From NCBI GenBank assembly GCA_050014195.1, contig JBEKDT010000008.1:64001-128000 (forward strand): DNA of 64,000 bases. Direction: 5' to 3'. Origin of the DNA: Desulfomonilia bacterium. Lineage in GTDB: Bacteria; Desulfobacterota; Desulfomonilia; UBA1062. Below, piece by piece: positions 37,691 to 48,224 of this stretch. Below the pieces are notes generated by a model. It had not been told where the DNA came from. It worked only from the letters and a program-made list of their open reading frames with translations, and made no database searches. Position numbers and translations under genes: made by a program. Within the stretch, counting starts at the first letter, position 1, and the number at the start of each line of letters is the position of its first letter.

Positions 37691-38194
37691 TCAGGTAACC
37701 CCAAAGACCTCCTCGAACTGTGTGATGTCCGGCAATTCCGACAAAGAGGTGAGCCCAAAGACCTCCAGGAACTTTTCTGTTATGTAATACAACATGGGTT
37801 TACCAGGCTTGATGTCAATGAGCTGGTGTTTTATGAGCTGTTTGAGGCTTGAGGTGGAATCCACACCCCTGATGCCGTCGATGGTCTGCTTAGAGCAGGG
37901 TCCTTTATACGCTATAACCGCAAGGACCTCAATCGAAGCACTTGTGAGCTTCACCGGGGTCACGAGCTGTCTGAGATAGGGTGCATACTCCGGAAGCGTC
38001 ACAAACATATACCCGGTGGCAACGAGATGAATCCTGAAACTCCGGTTAGAAGCCTCATAGATACCGTTGAGTTCCTCAATGTATCGCTCGATCTCTTCTC
38101 GCGAAGATCCCGGCAGAATCCTTATGATATCCTTCACAGTAAGTGCGCTGCCGGATGAAAAGATAAGCGCCTCAATGATCTCCCGCTTTCCCAT
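37691..38194 (-). CDS. scpB: SMC-Scp complex subunit ScpB
   Basis: IEALIF, EVLAVIAYKGP, IRGVDS and FLEVFGL..L.ELP motifs. Confidence 0.92.
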   Translation of the reverse strand: MGKREIIEALIFSSGSALTVKDIIRILPGSSREEIERYIEELNGIYEASNRSFRIHLVATGYMFVTLPEYAPYLRQLVTPVKLTSASIEVLAVIAYKGPCSKQTIDGIRGVDSTSSLKQLIKHQLIDIKPGKPMLYYITEKFLEVFGLTSLSELPDITQFEEVFGVT

Positions 38195-38234
38195 ACTTAC
38201 TCAACCTCTCCATTCTTCACAGGCATGCTCCACC

Positions 38235-38963
38235 TCATTTGTTCTCCGTCCTCTTTATCAGGTAGATGGTGGAGAACAGGCCTCTCTGGATGAGTCTCAC
38301 AATGCTCAGCTTCGACATCTCCAGGGCTGCCATAAACGCGCCGATGATCTCGGTCTTTTCACCGGTCGGGGCAGCTTCCTTGAGTGTAATCTTCTTTTTC
38401 CCGGAAAAGAGTGCCTGTATGCGGGCCATGATGTCCTGGATGGAAAACCGCATGGGAGTGATATTCATGATAAGCTGCTTGGTACGGGCCCTGATAGCCT
38501 GAATCGCCTCCATCAAAGGGCCGAGGCTCGTCTTTGTGATATCTCTCTCTTCCGATGTTGCACCCTTGGGAAAGGTATCCCAGTAAAGTATGGGCCTCAT
38601 GCCGAGTTCACGGGAAGCCGCCTTGATGGCCTGGTAGGCAAGCAGCATCTCCTTGAGCTCATCGGCCGGGTTCTTCCCCTCCTCATCGGTATAGGTAAGC
38701 TCCTCGGGCAACAGGAGGCGGGACTTCAACCAGATAAGGTATGAGGCCATTTCGAGAAACTCACCGGCCAATGAGATATCAAGAGATCTTACCCGCTCGA
38801 TATAAGACAGGTACTGGTCAATAATGGGGCATACCTCGAGGTCATGCAGGGTGAAGCGATTTTTCTCGATGAGGTAGAGCAAGAGGTCGAGCGGGCCCTC
38901 GAACATGGGAAGGTGCAGCACGAAATCATCATACACTGTCTCGGTGCTCCCAAGATACCCCAT
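38235..38963 (-). CDS. scpA: Segregation and condensation protein ScpA
   Basis: FEGPLDLLLYLI, EFLEMAS.LIWLKSRLLLP and FMAALEM motifs. Confidence 0.93.
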   Translation of the reverse strand: MGYLGSTETVYDDFVLHLPMFEGPLDLLLYLIEKNRFTLHDLEVCPIIDQYLSYIERVRSLDISLAGEFLEMASYLIWLKSRLLLPEELTYTDEEGKNPADELKEMLLAYQAIKAASRELGMRPILYWDTFPKGATSEERDITKTSLGPLMEAIQAIRARTKQLIMNITPMRFSIQDIMARIQALFSGKKKITLKEAAPTGEKTEIIGAFMAALEMSKLSIVRLIQRGLFSTIYLIKRTENK

Positions 38964-38976
38964 GGTTTCCCCCGTA

Positions 38977-39963
38977 TTAGAGATTCATGGCCTTCCTCAC
39001 CTGCACAATGGTGAGTTCAGATTCCCTTGTAGCCTTGAGGCACCCGGTATTCAGAATTTCATCCACCAGTTTCTCATGGCCCCTATAGTAAGCAATCTTC
39101 TCCCAGACGGGTTCAAACTCTCTGAGCAGACTCTTGATAAGTATGCGCTTGCAATCCACACATCCGATACCTGCAGTCCTGCACCCAACCTGTATTTCCG
39201 CCTTTGTGGATTCATCGGTAAAGTACTCGTGGAAAGGGTACAGGTTGCAATCATTCGGTTCCCCAGGGTCTTTTCTCGTCTTACGCTTCGGGTCAGTGAG
39301 CATCTCCATCACCTTGGCCGAAAGGCTCTCTTTGCTCTCGGCGATAAAGATGGCATTACCGTAAGACTTCGACATCTTCCTGCCGTCAAGACCAGGTACC
39401 TTGGGGGCCTCGGTCAGAATCTCCTGAGGCTCTTTCAGGATAGCATCGCCATACATAAAGTTGAACCGACGCACGATCTCACGGGTCAGCTCCAGGTGGG
39501 GGAGTTGGTCTGCACCGATAGGAACCCTGTCCGCATGGTAAATCACGATATCTGCAGCCTGGAGTACCGGGTACCCCAGGAAGCCGAAGGTGCTCAGGTC
39601 TTTTTCTTTCAGCTCCTCCTTCATCTCCTTATATGTGGGGTTTCTTTCGAGCCATGATAAAGGGGTGATCATGGACAGGAGCAGGAACAACTCGGCGTGC
39701 GACTTGATGTCCGACTGCCGGAAAATAACTGATTTCTCAGGGTCGAGACCCACGCTCAGTAAGACAACAACCATGTCCCGGGTGCTTTGTGGGATGATTG
39801 CAGGATCTTTATACTCGCTGGTCAGGGCGTGCCAATCGGCAATAAAGTAGAAGCATTGATATTCGTCCTGAAGACCCACCCAATTCTTAAGGACCCCGAG
39901 GTAATGCCCCAAATGAAGATCTCCCGTGGGTCTGATGCCTGATACGATGCGCTTCTTGTCCAT
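38977..39963 (-). CDS. trpS: Tryptophan-tRNA ligase
   Basis: SGIRPTGDLHLGH, YPVLQAADI, DQLPHLE and KMSKS motifs. Confidence 0.97.
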   Translation of the reverse strand: MDKKRIVSGIRPTGDLHLGHYLGVLKNWVGLQDEYQCFYFIADWHALTSEYKDPAIIPQSTRDMVVVLLSVGLDPEKSVIFRQSDIKSHAELFLLLSMITPLSWLERNPTYKEMKEELKEKDLSTFGFLGYPVLQAADIVIYHADRVPIGADQLPHLELTREIVRRFNFMYGDAILKEPQEILTEAPKVPGLDGRKMSKSYGNAIFIAESKESLSAKVMEMLTDPKRKTRKDPGEPNDCNLYPFHEYFTDESTKAEIQVGCRTAGIGCVDCKRILIKSLLREFEPVWEKIAYYRGHEKLVDEILNTGCLKATRESELTIVQVRKAMNL

Positions 39964-39975
39964 ATAGTTCCTTTT

Positions 39976-40599
39976 CTATTTCATGAGAATAGAGAGAATG
40001 GCACTGATGATCGGAAAGATCACCACATTCACCGCCCGTGTGAATATAAGCACGAGGAGAATCATGAAACCGTAAGGCTGCAGTTTGGAATAGGCGTATG
40101 CAGCCTTCAAGGGGAGCAGTCCTTCCATGATATGGCTCCCGTCCAGAGGATGGATGGGTATGAGATTGAAGACCGCAAGCCCCACATTGATCATGATCAT
40201 ATATTCAGCCATAATAACAAGGGGATAAAAAAAAGTTTGCGAGAGAGCACCGCCGAATTGTTTGTACACGAAGGCAGTTACGACAGCCAATGCAAGATTC
40301 GACAAGGGGCCTGCCAGTGAGACCCACATCATATCCATGCGCGGTTTCTTGAAATATCTCGGATCCACCGGCACCGGCTTGGCCCACCCGATCGCCATGC
40401 CGGCTATCCCGGTAATAAAAAGCACGAGGAGACCTACGGGATCGATGTGTTTTACGGGGTTCAGGGTGAGCCTGCCTGCCATCTTCGCAGTGGGGTCACC
40501 GAAAAAAAAGGCGGCATAGCCGTGACATACTTCATGGACGGTGATGGACAGCAGCACCGGTACAATCAACAAAGCGATCTGGCTGATGATCTGGTTCAT
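39976..40599 (-). CDS. Site-2 protease family (M50) membrane peptidase
   Basis: HEVCH, GWAKPVP, AGPLSN and FNLIPIHPLDG motifs. Confidence 0.93.
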   Translation of the reverse strand: MNQIISQIALLIVPVLLSITVHEVCHGYAAFFFGDPTAKMAGRLTLNPVKHIDPVGLLVLFITGIAGMAIGWAKPVPVDPRYFKKPRMDMMWVSLAGPLSNLALAVVTAFVYKQFGGALSQTFFYPLVIMAEYMIMINVGLAVFNLIPIHPLDGSHIMEGLLPLKAAYAYSKLQPYGFMILLVLIFTRAVNVVIFPIISAILSILMK

Positions 40600-40845
40600 T
40601 GATCAGGCCTTATACCTTATGGGTGACAAGGTGTCAAAAAGTTAGCTGTCCCTTGTATATGCAACGAAGATCGACCATAAAGGTATAGCCTTGGGTGCAA
40701 GATTACCATGTGTTATCCAGCCAAGATGAAGCTTGCCCATTATATTTTTTTTAAGGATGTGTTGAAAAAGAATCGGCTCGTCCCTACACAAGCATCAAAC
40801 TTGACATCAGGCTCTTCAGTGAAGACATAGTAAAGGAGAGTGGAC

Positions 40846-41325
40846 ATGAAAAAGGAAAATGAGCTGACTATGGCAAATAAAGAGAACGACAAAGGGGCAC
40901 CCCGAGCTAATATTAATAAATCATCCGAGAACTCCTTCGCAAAAAAGGCGTCTTCAAACGATAACATATATACGGACACGATAAGGGCACTGCTGGAAAA
41001 AAACAGGGGCAGGGTTGCACAATACTATTGCGCAAACAGAAAATGCTCTACCACGTTCTGGGACGCGGATCTTGGTTACCAGTGTCCCGGGTGCGGCTCT
41101 TTCGGCCTCATAAGCACATTCAAGGCCGATACAGCCTATGAGCCGGACATGTATAAGCCCGTAGTCGGATATCTCGACAGTATCGGCAGGCTGTTCTGCC
41201 CAAAGTGTACGGAACGCTTCGGCATGGGTGATGATGTGGGCCTGGTGATCTACAATGACAGCACACCTTACTGTAATGAAGCCTGCGAGGCATGCAGAAC
41301 CCGCCTCGACTCTCTGCCTGCCTAG
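40846..41325 (+). CDS. Cys-rich hypothetical protein, probably zinc-binding
   Basis: AAGGAG RBS 7 nt before ATG 40846; CxxxxC, CPGC, CPKC and CNEACEAC motifs. Confidence 0.7.
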   Translation: MKKENELTMANKENDKGAPRANINKSSENSFAKKASSNDNIYTDTIRALLEKNRGRVAQYYCANRKCSTTFWDADLGYQCPGCGSFGLISTFKADTAYEPDMYKPVVGYLDSIGRLFCPKCTERFGMGDDVGLVIYNDSTPYCNEACEACRTRLDSLPA

Positions 41326-41485
41326 GGAGGCAGAGGGCGGGCTTTGGAATTAGGTTGTAAGGGATGCGTCGGCTTATAGACGATAACACTACAATCCACA
41401 TGCCAACATGATATTAAGTGAGGTCACTATTACACGTAAGACACACCTCCCCTGATGATTTTTTTTACGGTATAATAGAGGCCTC

Positions 41486-42217
41486 ATGAGCAAGGTGCGC
41501 ATCAACAGATTCCTCGCCTCGACAGGGGCAATATCACGGAGAAAGGCCGACGAGCTTATCGAGCACGGCCGCGTGAGTATCAACAATGAAAAGGCACTCC
41601 TTGGTGACACCTTGGACCCGGATAAAGATGTAGTTGCCTTAGACGGCAAGACCGTATCCCGTCAGAACACCCTTCTTGTAGCCATGTACAAGCCCAAGTA
41701 TGTGATGACAACCATGAATGACCCTCAAGGCAGACCCTGTATTAAGGATCTCCTTCCCGAGCAGCTTCAGGGCGTGTTCCCGGTGGGCAGACTGGATTTT
41801 GACGCAGAAGGACTCCTCATCCTGACCAATGACGGGGAATTGTCGCATTCACTCCACCACCCCTCCTTCCATGTACCCAAGGTCTATCTCGTGAAGGTAA
41901 TACCCAGGGCCACGCTAGAGGCCATTCATCGCATGGAAGCAGGTATCATCCTTGATGGGAAAAAGACGCTGCCGGCAAAGGTCTTGGAGGAACACTACGT
42001 TTCTGAGGGTTCATATTTACAAATAACCCTTGTGCAGGGGCTGAAAAATCAGATTAAGCGCATGGCCGCATCCGTGGGATTACGGGTCGAGTCCATCAAA
42101 CGAATCAGTGTAGGACCGGTCGTTCTGAAAAGGATGTACCCCGGTCAAATCCGCGAACTGAGCCCTTCGGAAGAGAGATCTCTTTATAAGATACTAAAAA
42201 AACATAAAAAAACTTGA
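41486..42217 (+). CDS. rluB: 23S rRNA pseudouridine synthase (RluB/RsuA family)
   Basis: S4 domain SRRKADELI; catalytic GRLD; GLLILTNDG. Confidence 0.85.
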   Translation: MSKVRINRFLASTGAISRRKADELIEHGRVSINNEKALLGDTLDPDKDVVALDGKTVSRQNTLLVAMYKPKYVMTTMNDPQGRPCIKDLLPEQLQGVFPVGRLDFDAEGLLILTNDGELSHSLHHPSFHVPKVYLVKVIPRATLEAIHRMEAGIILDGKKTLPAKVLEEHYVSEGSYLQITLVQGLKNQIKRMAASVGLRVESIKRISVGPVVLKRMYPGQIRELSPSEERSLYKILKKHKKT

Positions 42218-42241
42218 CATGTGCATGGAGCACTTTATAAT
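42214..42241 (+). promoter_or_regulatory. Consensus sigma70 promoter of the IHF/HU gene
   Basis: TTGACA-N16-TATAAT. Confidence 0.8.
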
Positions 42242-42275
42242 CTATGAATAATTAGACCATGGTAGGAGGAGATAC

Positions 42276-42560
42276 ATGAACAAATCTGAACTGATTGAAG
42301 AACTCTCCATGCGCATGGCTCTCCACCCGAAGAAGGCAGAGGCCCTGGTGAACTCCATCCTCAGCTCCATGATTGTTGCCATGAAGGGCAAACGGCGTGT
42401 AGAGATTCGCGGGTTCGGCAGCTTTGTCATGAGGGATTATAAGCCCTACATCGGGAGGAATCCCAAGAGTGGTGAGAAAATCCAGGTCAAATCCAAAACC
42501 CTGCCCTTCTTTAAATCCGGGAAAGACATGAGAGACCGGGTGAACGGCAAGGCCCAGTAG
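42276..42560 (+). CDS. ihfB: Integration host factor beta / HU family protein
   Basis: MNKSELI, RVEIRGFGSF, GRNPKSGE and PFFKSGK motifs. Confidence 0.85.
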   Translation: MNKSELIEELSMRMALHPKKAEALVNSILSSMIVAMKGKRRVEIRGFGSFVMRDYKPYIGRNPKSGEKIQVKSKTLPFFKSGKDMRDRVNGKAQ

Positions 42561-42656
42561 ACCTCGATAAATTCTGCCTAAGAATCTTTTTTGCAGATCA
42601 GAGCGTCTATATATTGACGCATGTGAATACTTGCGGTATATGTACCCTACAAATTT

Positions 42657-44060
42657 ATGGGTAACCATTCTATACTTATTGTTGACGATGAAATCCAAAA
42701 TCGGGAATACCTTTCCGAGATCCTCTCAGATGAAGGGTATTCCATTACTACGGCTGCAAACGGAAAGGATGCCATCTCCAGACTTACCCAGGATACTTTC
42801 CAGGTAGTACTTACCGATCTCCAGATGCCGGAACTCGATGGACTCGGCGTCATAGAGTATCTAATCGAGAATAAGCTGAACACCATCGGCATTCTCTATA
42901 CGGGCTATGGCTCGGTAAAAACCGCGGTGGATGCCATGAAGCTTGGGGCCTTTGATTATATCACCAAGCCCTTCAAGGCCGACGAAATCAAAGTCGTGGT
43001 GAAAAAGGCCCTTGACCACCTCGCCTTGCAGGAGGAAAACACTTACCTGAAACAGCAGCTCAAGGCCCGCTATAAGTTCGAGAACATCGTGGGGACTTCC
43101 GAGAAGATGCAGAAGATCTTCGGTCTCATCGACAAGGTAGCCTCAACGGACTCCACGGTCCTGATCCTCGGTGAATCAGGTACCGGCAAGGAGCTCGTTG
43201 CCCGGGCTCTGCATTATAATTCCATGAGATCTGCAAACGCATTTATCCCCGTAAACTGCGGGGCTATCCCCGAAGAGCTGCTTGAGAGCGAGCTCTTTGG
43301 CCATGAAAAAGGCGCTTTCACCGGTGCGTTCAGGACCAGGATCGGCAGGTTCGAGCTTGCCTGCGGCGGCAGCATATTCTTGGATGAAATTTCTGAGATG
43401 AGCCCAAACCTCCAGGTAAAGCTGCTTCGCGTCATCCAGGAGAGGGAATTCGAACGTGTCGGCGGGATCAAGACCATCAGGGCTGATGTGCGGATAATCG
43501 CCGCAACAAACAAGAACCTCGAGGAAGAGGTCGCTGAAGGCAGATTCCGGGAAGATCTCTACTACAGGCTTAATGTCATACCCATCCACCTTCCTCCCTT
43601 GCGCGAGAAGACCGATGACATACCGTTGCTCATCAAGCATTTTCTGGAGAAGTACAGCGAAGGCAAGTCACCCAAGAAAGTTGAATTCAGCAAAAAGGCC
43701 ACAACTTCACTCATGCGCTATCGCTGGCCCGGCAATGTACGCGAGCTGGAAAACCTGGTGGAACGCATGGTGGTTTTGAGCGATTCCCCCATTATTGATG
43801 TTGCAGATCTACCGGAAAAGGTCCTCACCGGTGCCACGGTGATATCTTCCGCCATCCCGCAACTCGATCTGCCCGAGACAGGAATTGATCTGTCTACCGC
43901 AGTGAATGAATTCGAGCGGAGTATTATCGTCCAGGCCCTCAATAAGAGCAATTGGGTCAAAAACCGTGCCGCTAAGCTCCTGCACGTGAATAGAACGACA
44001 CTGGTGGAGAAGATCAAGAAACAGAAACTCCAAAAACCCACTGAATCGAATATTTCCTAA
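42657..44060 (+). CDS. Sigma54-dependent response regulator (REC-AAA-HTH), likely flagellar regulator
   Basis: Intact TDLQMP receiver; [23 protein letters not shown] and [10 protein letters not shown] motifs; Fis-type HTH. Confidence 0.93.
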   Translation: MGNHSILIVDDEIQNREYLSEILSDEGYSITTAANGKDAISRLTQDTFQVVLTDLQMPELDGLGVIEYLIENKLNTIGILYTGYGSVKTAVDAMKLGAFDYITKPFKADEIKVVVKKALDHLALQEENTYLKQQLKARYKFENIVGTSEKMQKIFGLIDKVASTDSTVLILGESGTGKELVARALHYNSMRSANAFIPVNCGAIPEELLESELFGHEKGAFTGAFRTRIGRFELACGGSIFLDEISEMSPNLQVKLLRVIQEREFERVGGIKTIRADVRIIAATNKNLEEEVAEGRFREDLYYRLNVIPIHLPPLREKTDDIPLLIKHFLEKYSEGKSPKKVEFSKKATTSLMRYRWPGNVRELENLVERMVVLSDSPIIDVADLPEKVLTGATVISSAIPQLDLPETGIDLSTAVNEFERSIIVQALNKSNWVKNRAAKLLHVNRTTLVEKIKKQKLQKPTESNIS

Positions 44061-44138
44061 TACAACATAAATTTTATATCATCTAACGAGATCCTGATAC
44101 CGATTGCATGGCCCCTTGATCCTTAAGCCTTATGGATG

Positions 44139-44154
44139 TGGCATGGAAGTTGTA
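44139..44154 (+). promoter_or_regulatory. Probable sigma54 promoter (GT variant at -12)
   Basis: TGGCATGGAAGTTGTA upstream of the TPR gene. Confidence 0.45.
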
Positions 44155-44194
44155 TTTTCATGCTGCGGTGAAGAACAACAGCTCTATTAAAATT

Positions 44195-46825
44195 ATGCTG
44201 AAGGAGATTTTCTCCTGCGCTATGATGCTCACATGCGTGGTCCTTGTCGATGCAGGGCCGGTGCACGCTGCAAGCGTACATGTGGGGGGCTCGGGTAATG
44301 CCACCAGGATTATTTTTATCCTGAACGAGAGGGAGGCCATTGCACCCGAGGTATCGGTACAAAAACAGACACTCATCGTCAATTTTCCCCACACTGTTGC
44401 TGACCCTTATACACTCCAGGATCAATTCATGATCCATGGGCTCACCTTTGACGGCACGAAGGCAACCATCGACATTAAGGTGCCGTTTGCCTACCAAGTC
44501 TCCACCAGACAGAGCCCACCCAGCGTCGTCATCGATATTACTACGAAGAAAGATCAAATGCTGCTGTGTCCCATCAAACGGATCGATGTCATACCCGGTA
44601 AAGCTCAAATGAGTGTGTCCATACAGATCGTGCCGGGCATGCTCCCCGAGATACGCACCTTAAAGACCGGCAGGATCTACCTTTATTTTCCAACAGATTT
44701 CCCCGGTAACTCAATCGAAAATCTTCTCACACCTGTACCACAGCTCAAGTTCATCAATACCATGAAGATGGCATCCGGCACCGTGCTCACCCTGACTGTG
44801 GCTGAGCCGTACTCGCTCATGAAAACCAGGACGGATAGGGATAAAAGCCTGGTCATTCTTGAACTGAGGACATCGAGCACTGCATCTCCCGATGTCAGAT
44901 ATCAGGCAGCAAAAAATCTGTTCGCTGCAGGTAATATCGCAGGTGTAATCACCCTTCTAGAACCTGCCGTTCAGGCACTTGATGCCCGGGAGAAGGTGAT
45001 TCTTGCCCGGTCCTACTGGGCCCTGGCATTTCCGTATCAGACGGAAAGTCGCTCCTCCAAGGCGCTTACCATGATGGATTCCGCCCTCCAAAATTTCTCT
45101 GCCGGCCTCGATCGTGAGAGGATCATGCTCGAATACTGCTCCATGCTCATCCGGTCCGGCAGGTCCAGTGAAGCACTCGATCTGGTAAAAACACTTCATG
45201 GATCTCAATGGGATGACATTAAGACCGAGGCAGGCATCAGGGAAATGGATATCCTGAACCATAATAGTGCATATGAGGATGCCTATGCCGCCAACAAGCG
45301 CTTGATTCGAGACCTTGGGCCCAAAGGCGTCCCTGAAGGTCTGAAGGCCGATTACTCATCGGTCCTGGGTGATACCTATCTCGGATTGAACGACCATGAA
45401 AAGGCGTTCACGATGTATAAAGAAGCCCTTGCAACGGATCAAGCGATCATCAGGCAGAATCCCTCAATATATGCACACATAGGCGAAGCTGCATTCAAGA
45501 TGAACGACTTTGCACAAGCAAAGGACTACCTCATACAGGCATTCAATCTGGGTGATCCCTCAAGCAGGCAGAAGCACCTCATAATGCTTGGGGATTGCCT
45601 CTATCAGATCGGTGAAAAGGACAAGGCCCTTGTGGTATTCTCTCAAGTTGAAACCCTGACGTCCAAGGGTGAGAATTTCGTGATCGCAAAGCTCAAGTCA
45701 GCGCGGATCATCATTGAGAAAAACACAGACGAACACGGCAAATTATCCGACAGGGCGTTCAACGATGTAATGGATATCTATGAAAACCTTAAAACCACAG
45801 AGGAATATAAAGATAAATCTTTGGCCTCACTTGTGAAGGTCAGGATAGCCCAGGCTTATGCCAAGCATGGCCAGTGGGACAAGGCATTGGATACCTACTA
45901 TGAAGTATGGTTGGGAACGCGGCAGAGCGACACGGTCCACCATTATGCCCAGGTAGAGGCCGTAAGAAGCATTATTGAGAGGGTGCGCATCCTGCATCGG
46001 GACTCTCAATATGACCAGATCTACGAAATTTATACCCGATACCAAGGCGGTTTTATAAAGGAACTTCAAGACAGCGCCACCTTGTGCATTATCGGAGAAG
46101 CATTAAACCGGCTCGGTCAGCTCGATAAAGCCAGGATCGTACTCGAATTGTCCACCAGGGAAGAATCAACATACAAGGAATTGGCTCTCTATCTTTTGTT
46201 TACTATCGACATCAAGCAGGGCAGATACCAGGAGGCCCTTATCTGGAACACGCTCTATCTGAATACCTATCCGAGAGGCAAAGATATTCAGATTATGAGG
46301 GACAGGCGGGGCGAGGTGCTCTATAAACTGGGCAGCCTCAAGGATTCATTGACCTATCTCGAGGCCTCTGCCAATAGCGATAGCCCTCTGGCATTGAACT
46401 CACTTTCATATCTTACAGATGCATATCGCAGACTGTCAATGAACCAGCAGGAACAGCAGGTATTGGACAGGATCATCTCTTATAACGGCCAAAGGATCTC
46501 GCCCATCATCGAGAACGCCCTTTACCTGAGGGCAACTCAGTTCAAGGATATGAGGGAACTTGCCAAGGCAAAGTCCCTTTATCAGATGCTGCTTGATACC
46601 TATCCAAAGTCTTCGCATGCCTACTGGGCTATGTACCATCTCGCTTCAATCTCGTATGCCCTCGGAGATCAGGCCGGGGCCAAGGATCTGCTCACAAACG
46701 TCATCAGGCTTAGCAAGGACCCGCTCCTTCTCTCTGCTGCAAGGGTTGCTTCCAATGACATGGATCTCCAGCAAGAACTGAAAATGTACAATTCCGCTAA
46801 AAGCCAGCCGGGGGGAAAAAAGTGA
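44195..46825 (+). CDS. Large exported TPR-repeat protein
   Basis: Signal-like N-terminus ending PVHA; beta-rich N-terminal region followed by many TPR helices; start 44195 preferred. Confidence 0.8.
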   Translation: MLKEIFSCAMMLTCVVLVDAGPVHAASVHVGGSGNATRIIFILNEREAIAPEVSVQKQTLIVNFPHTVADPYTLQDQFMIHGLTFDGTKATIDIKVPFAYQVSTRQSPPSVVIDITTKKDQMLLCPIKRIDVIPGKAQMSVSIQIVPGMLPEIRTLKTGRIYLYFPTDFPGNSIENLLTPVPQLKFINTMKMASGTVLTLTVAEPYSLMKTRTDRDKSLVILELRTSSTASPDVRYQAAKNLFAAGNIAGVITLLEPAVQALDAREKVILARSYWALAFPYQTESRSSKALTMMDSALQNFSAGLDRERIMLEYCSMLIRSGRSSEALDLVKTLHGSQWDDIKTEAGIREMDILNHNSAYEDAYAANKRLIRDLGPKGVPEGLKADYSSVLGDTYLGLNDHEKAFTMYKEALATDQAIIRQNPSIYAHIGEAAFKMNDFAQAKDYLIQAFNLGDPSSRQKHLIMLGDCLYQIGEKDKALVVFSQVETLTSKGENFVIAKLKSARIIIEKNTDEHGKLSDRAFNDVMDIYENLKTTEEYKDKSLASLVKVRIAQAYAKHGQWDKALDTYYEVWLGTRQSDTVHHYAQVEAVRSIIERVRILHRDSQYDQIYEIYTRYQGGFIKELQDSATLCIIGEALNRLGQLDKARIVLELSTREESTYKELALYLLFTIDIKQGRYQEALIWNTLYLNTYPRGKDIQIMRDRRGEVLYKLGSLKDSLTYLEASANSDSPLALNSLSYLTDAYRRLSMNQQEQQVLDRIISYNGQRISPIIENALYLRATQFKDMRELAKAKSLYQMLLDTYPKSSHAYWAMYHLASISYALGDQAGAKDLLTNVIRLSKDPLLLSAARVASNDMDLQQELKMYNSAKSQPGGKK

Positions 46826-48171
46826 GCATGGGGATCGCCATCTTGGATGAAGACAAAGAGACCGTTAACATACTTGCCGAGCTCATTGCAGAGCTGGGCG
46901 AGTCTCCCTTTCCCTTTGTCGACAAGGATAAATTCTTAGAAGCGATCAACCCAAAGCAACATGGCCTGGCAATCATCTCGGATGACTTCCTCGATGTGAT
47001 CGAAGGGACCAAACAAGTCTATGATTCAATCGAGATTGTGGCTATCGGTATAAAAGATGGTTCCACATGCCTCAAGGCCGGTGCTGCATATTTCCTGAAA
47101 AAACCCTTCCGGGCCGATGAGATGGTGAGCGTGCTTGAGGCCCTCATGACCCCAAAGGGTGGGCGGTCTGACGGCAAAGATTCAAGCTTTATCGTTGCCG
47201 ACCCTTCCATGAGGGGTATCGTGGAGATCATCCGGAAGGTCGCCCCAACCCAGGCCCCTGTGTTTATCCAGGGGGAATCCGGCACCGGCAAGGAGGTTAT
47301 TGCGAGAAACATCCATGCCTTAAGCAAGCGTAAAAGCGGGCCCTACGTGGGGATAAACCTCGCCGCCATCCCTGAGACGTTGATTGAAAGCGAGCTCTTC
47401 GGCTACGAGAAAGGTGCATTTACCGGGGCTTATGCCACTCGGATCGGCAAATTCGAGCAGGCCGACGGCGGAACCATCCTGCTGGATGAGATAACCGAGA
47501 TTAGTTCGGCCTTACAGGCAAAGCTGCTCAGAGTCTTGCAGGAAAGGCAGATCGACCGCGTGGGCGGTAAGTCTCCCATAAAGGTGGACTTCCGTGTCAT
47601 CTCCACAACCAACCGGGATATTGAAGAAGAGATTAAGACCTCAAGGTTCAGACACGACCTCTTCTTCCGCTTGAATGTGATCCCTATCAAGGTCCCGCCT
47701 TTACGAGTACGCAGAGAAGACATTATTCCCCTTTCCGCACACTTTATCAAGAAGATCGCTGAGAGGGAGGATATGCAGGAAAAAGTTCTCAGTAAGGAGG
47801 CAAAAGATTCCCTGTTGAAGTATCCCTGGCCCGGCAATGTCCGCGAACTTGAGAACGTTATCGAGCGTGCCATGATCCTCACCGATGGCGATGTGATCTC
47901 AATGGAACATATTACAACGAGCTGTGATGTTCCTGACATATTGGCCTCTATGCCCGTCATGGGTGCAACAATCCACGAGATGGAAAAAAATCTTATACTA
48001 TCAACGTTAAAAAGGGTTGACGGCAACAGGACCAAGGCTGCAACACTGCTGGGCATCAGTATACGGACCTTGCGGAATAAACTCAATGAATACACCAAAG
48101 GTGGTCAAATTTCTGACGTTGGGAATACTGAGTGCGGCGACCCTGACCCTGAAGAACCCTTGGAAACATGA
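46822..48171 (+). CDS. Sigma54-dependent activator with a degenerate receiver (flagellar FlrC/FlgR-like position)
   Basis: [14 protein letters not shown] and [10 protein letters not shown] motifs plus HTH; immediately upstream of the flgB promoter. Confidence 0.9.
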   Translation: MSMGIAILDEDKETVNILAELIAELGESPFPFVDKDKFLEAINPKQHGLAIISDDFLDVIEGTKQVYDSIEIVAIGIKDGSTCLKAGAAYFLKKPFRADEMVSVLEALMTPKGGRSDGKDSSFIVADPSMRGIVEIIRKVAPTQAPVFIQGESGTGKEVIARNIHALSKRKSGPYVGINLAAIPETLIESELFGYEKGAFTGAYATRIGKFEQADGGTILLDEITEISSALQAKLLRVLQERQIDRVGGKSPIKVDFRVISTTNRDIEEEIKTSRFRHDLFFRLNVIPIKVPPLRVRREDIIPLSAHFIKKIAEREDMQEKVLSKEAKDSLLKYPWPGNVRELENVIERAMILTDGDVISMEHITTSCDVPDILASMPVMGATIHEMEKNLILSTLKRVDGNRTKAATLLGISIRTLRNKLNEYTKGGQISDVGNTECGDPDPEEPLET

Positions 48172-48183
48172 GACATCGGCCCC

Positions 48184-48200
48184 TTGGTACGACAATTGCT
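48184..48200 (+). promoter_or_regulatory. Sigma54 promoter of the flgB operon
   Basis: TTGGTACGACAATTGCT (GG-N10-GC), 25 nt before the flgB ATG. Confidence 0.8.
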
Positions 48201-48224
48201 TTATGATACCTCAGGAGAGTGCTT

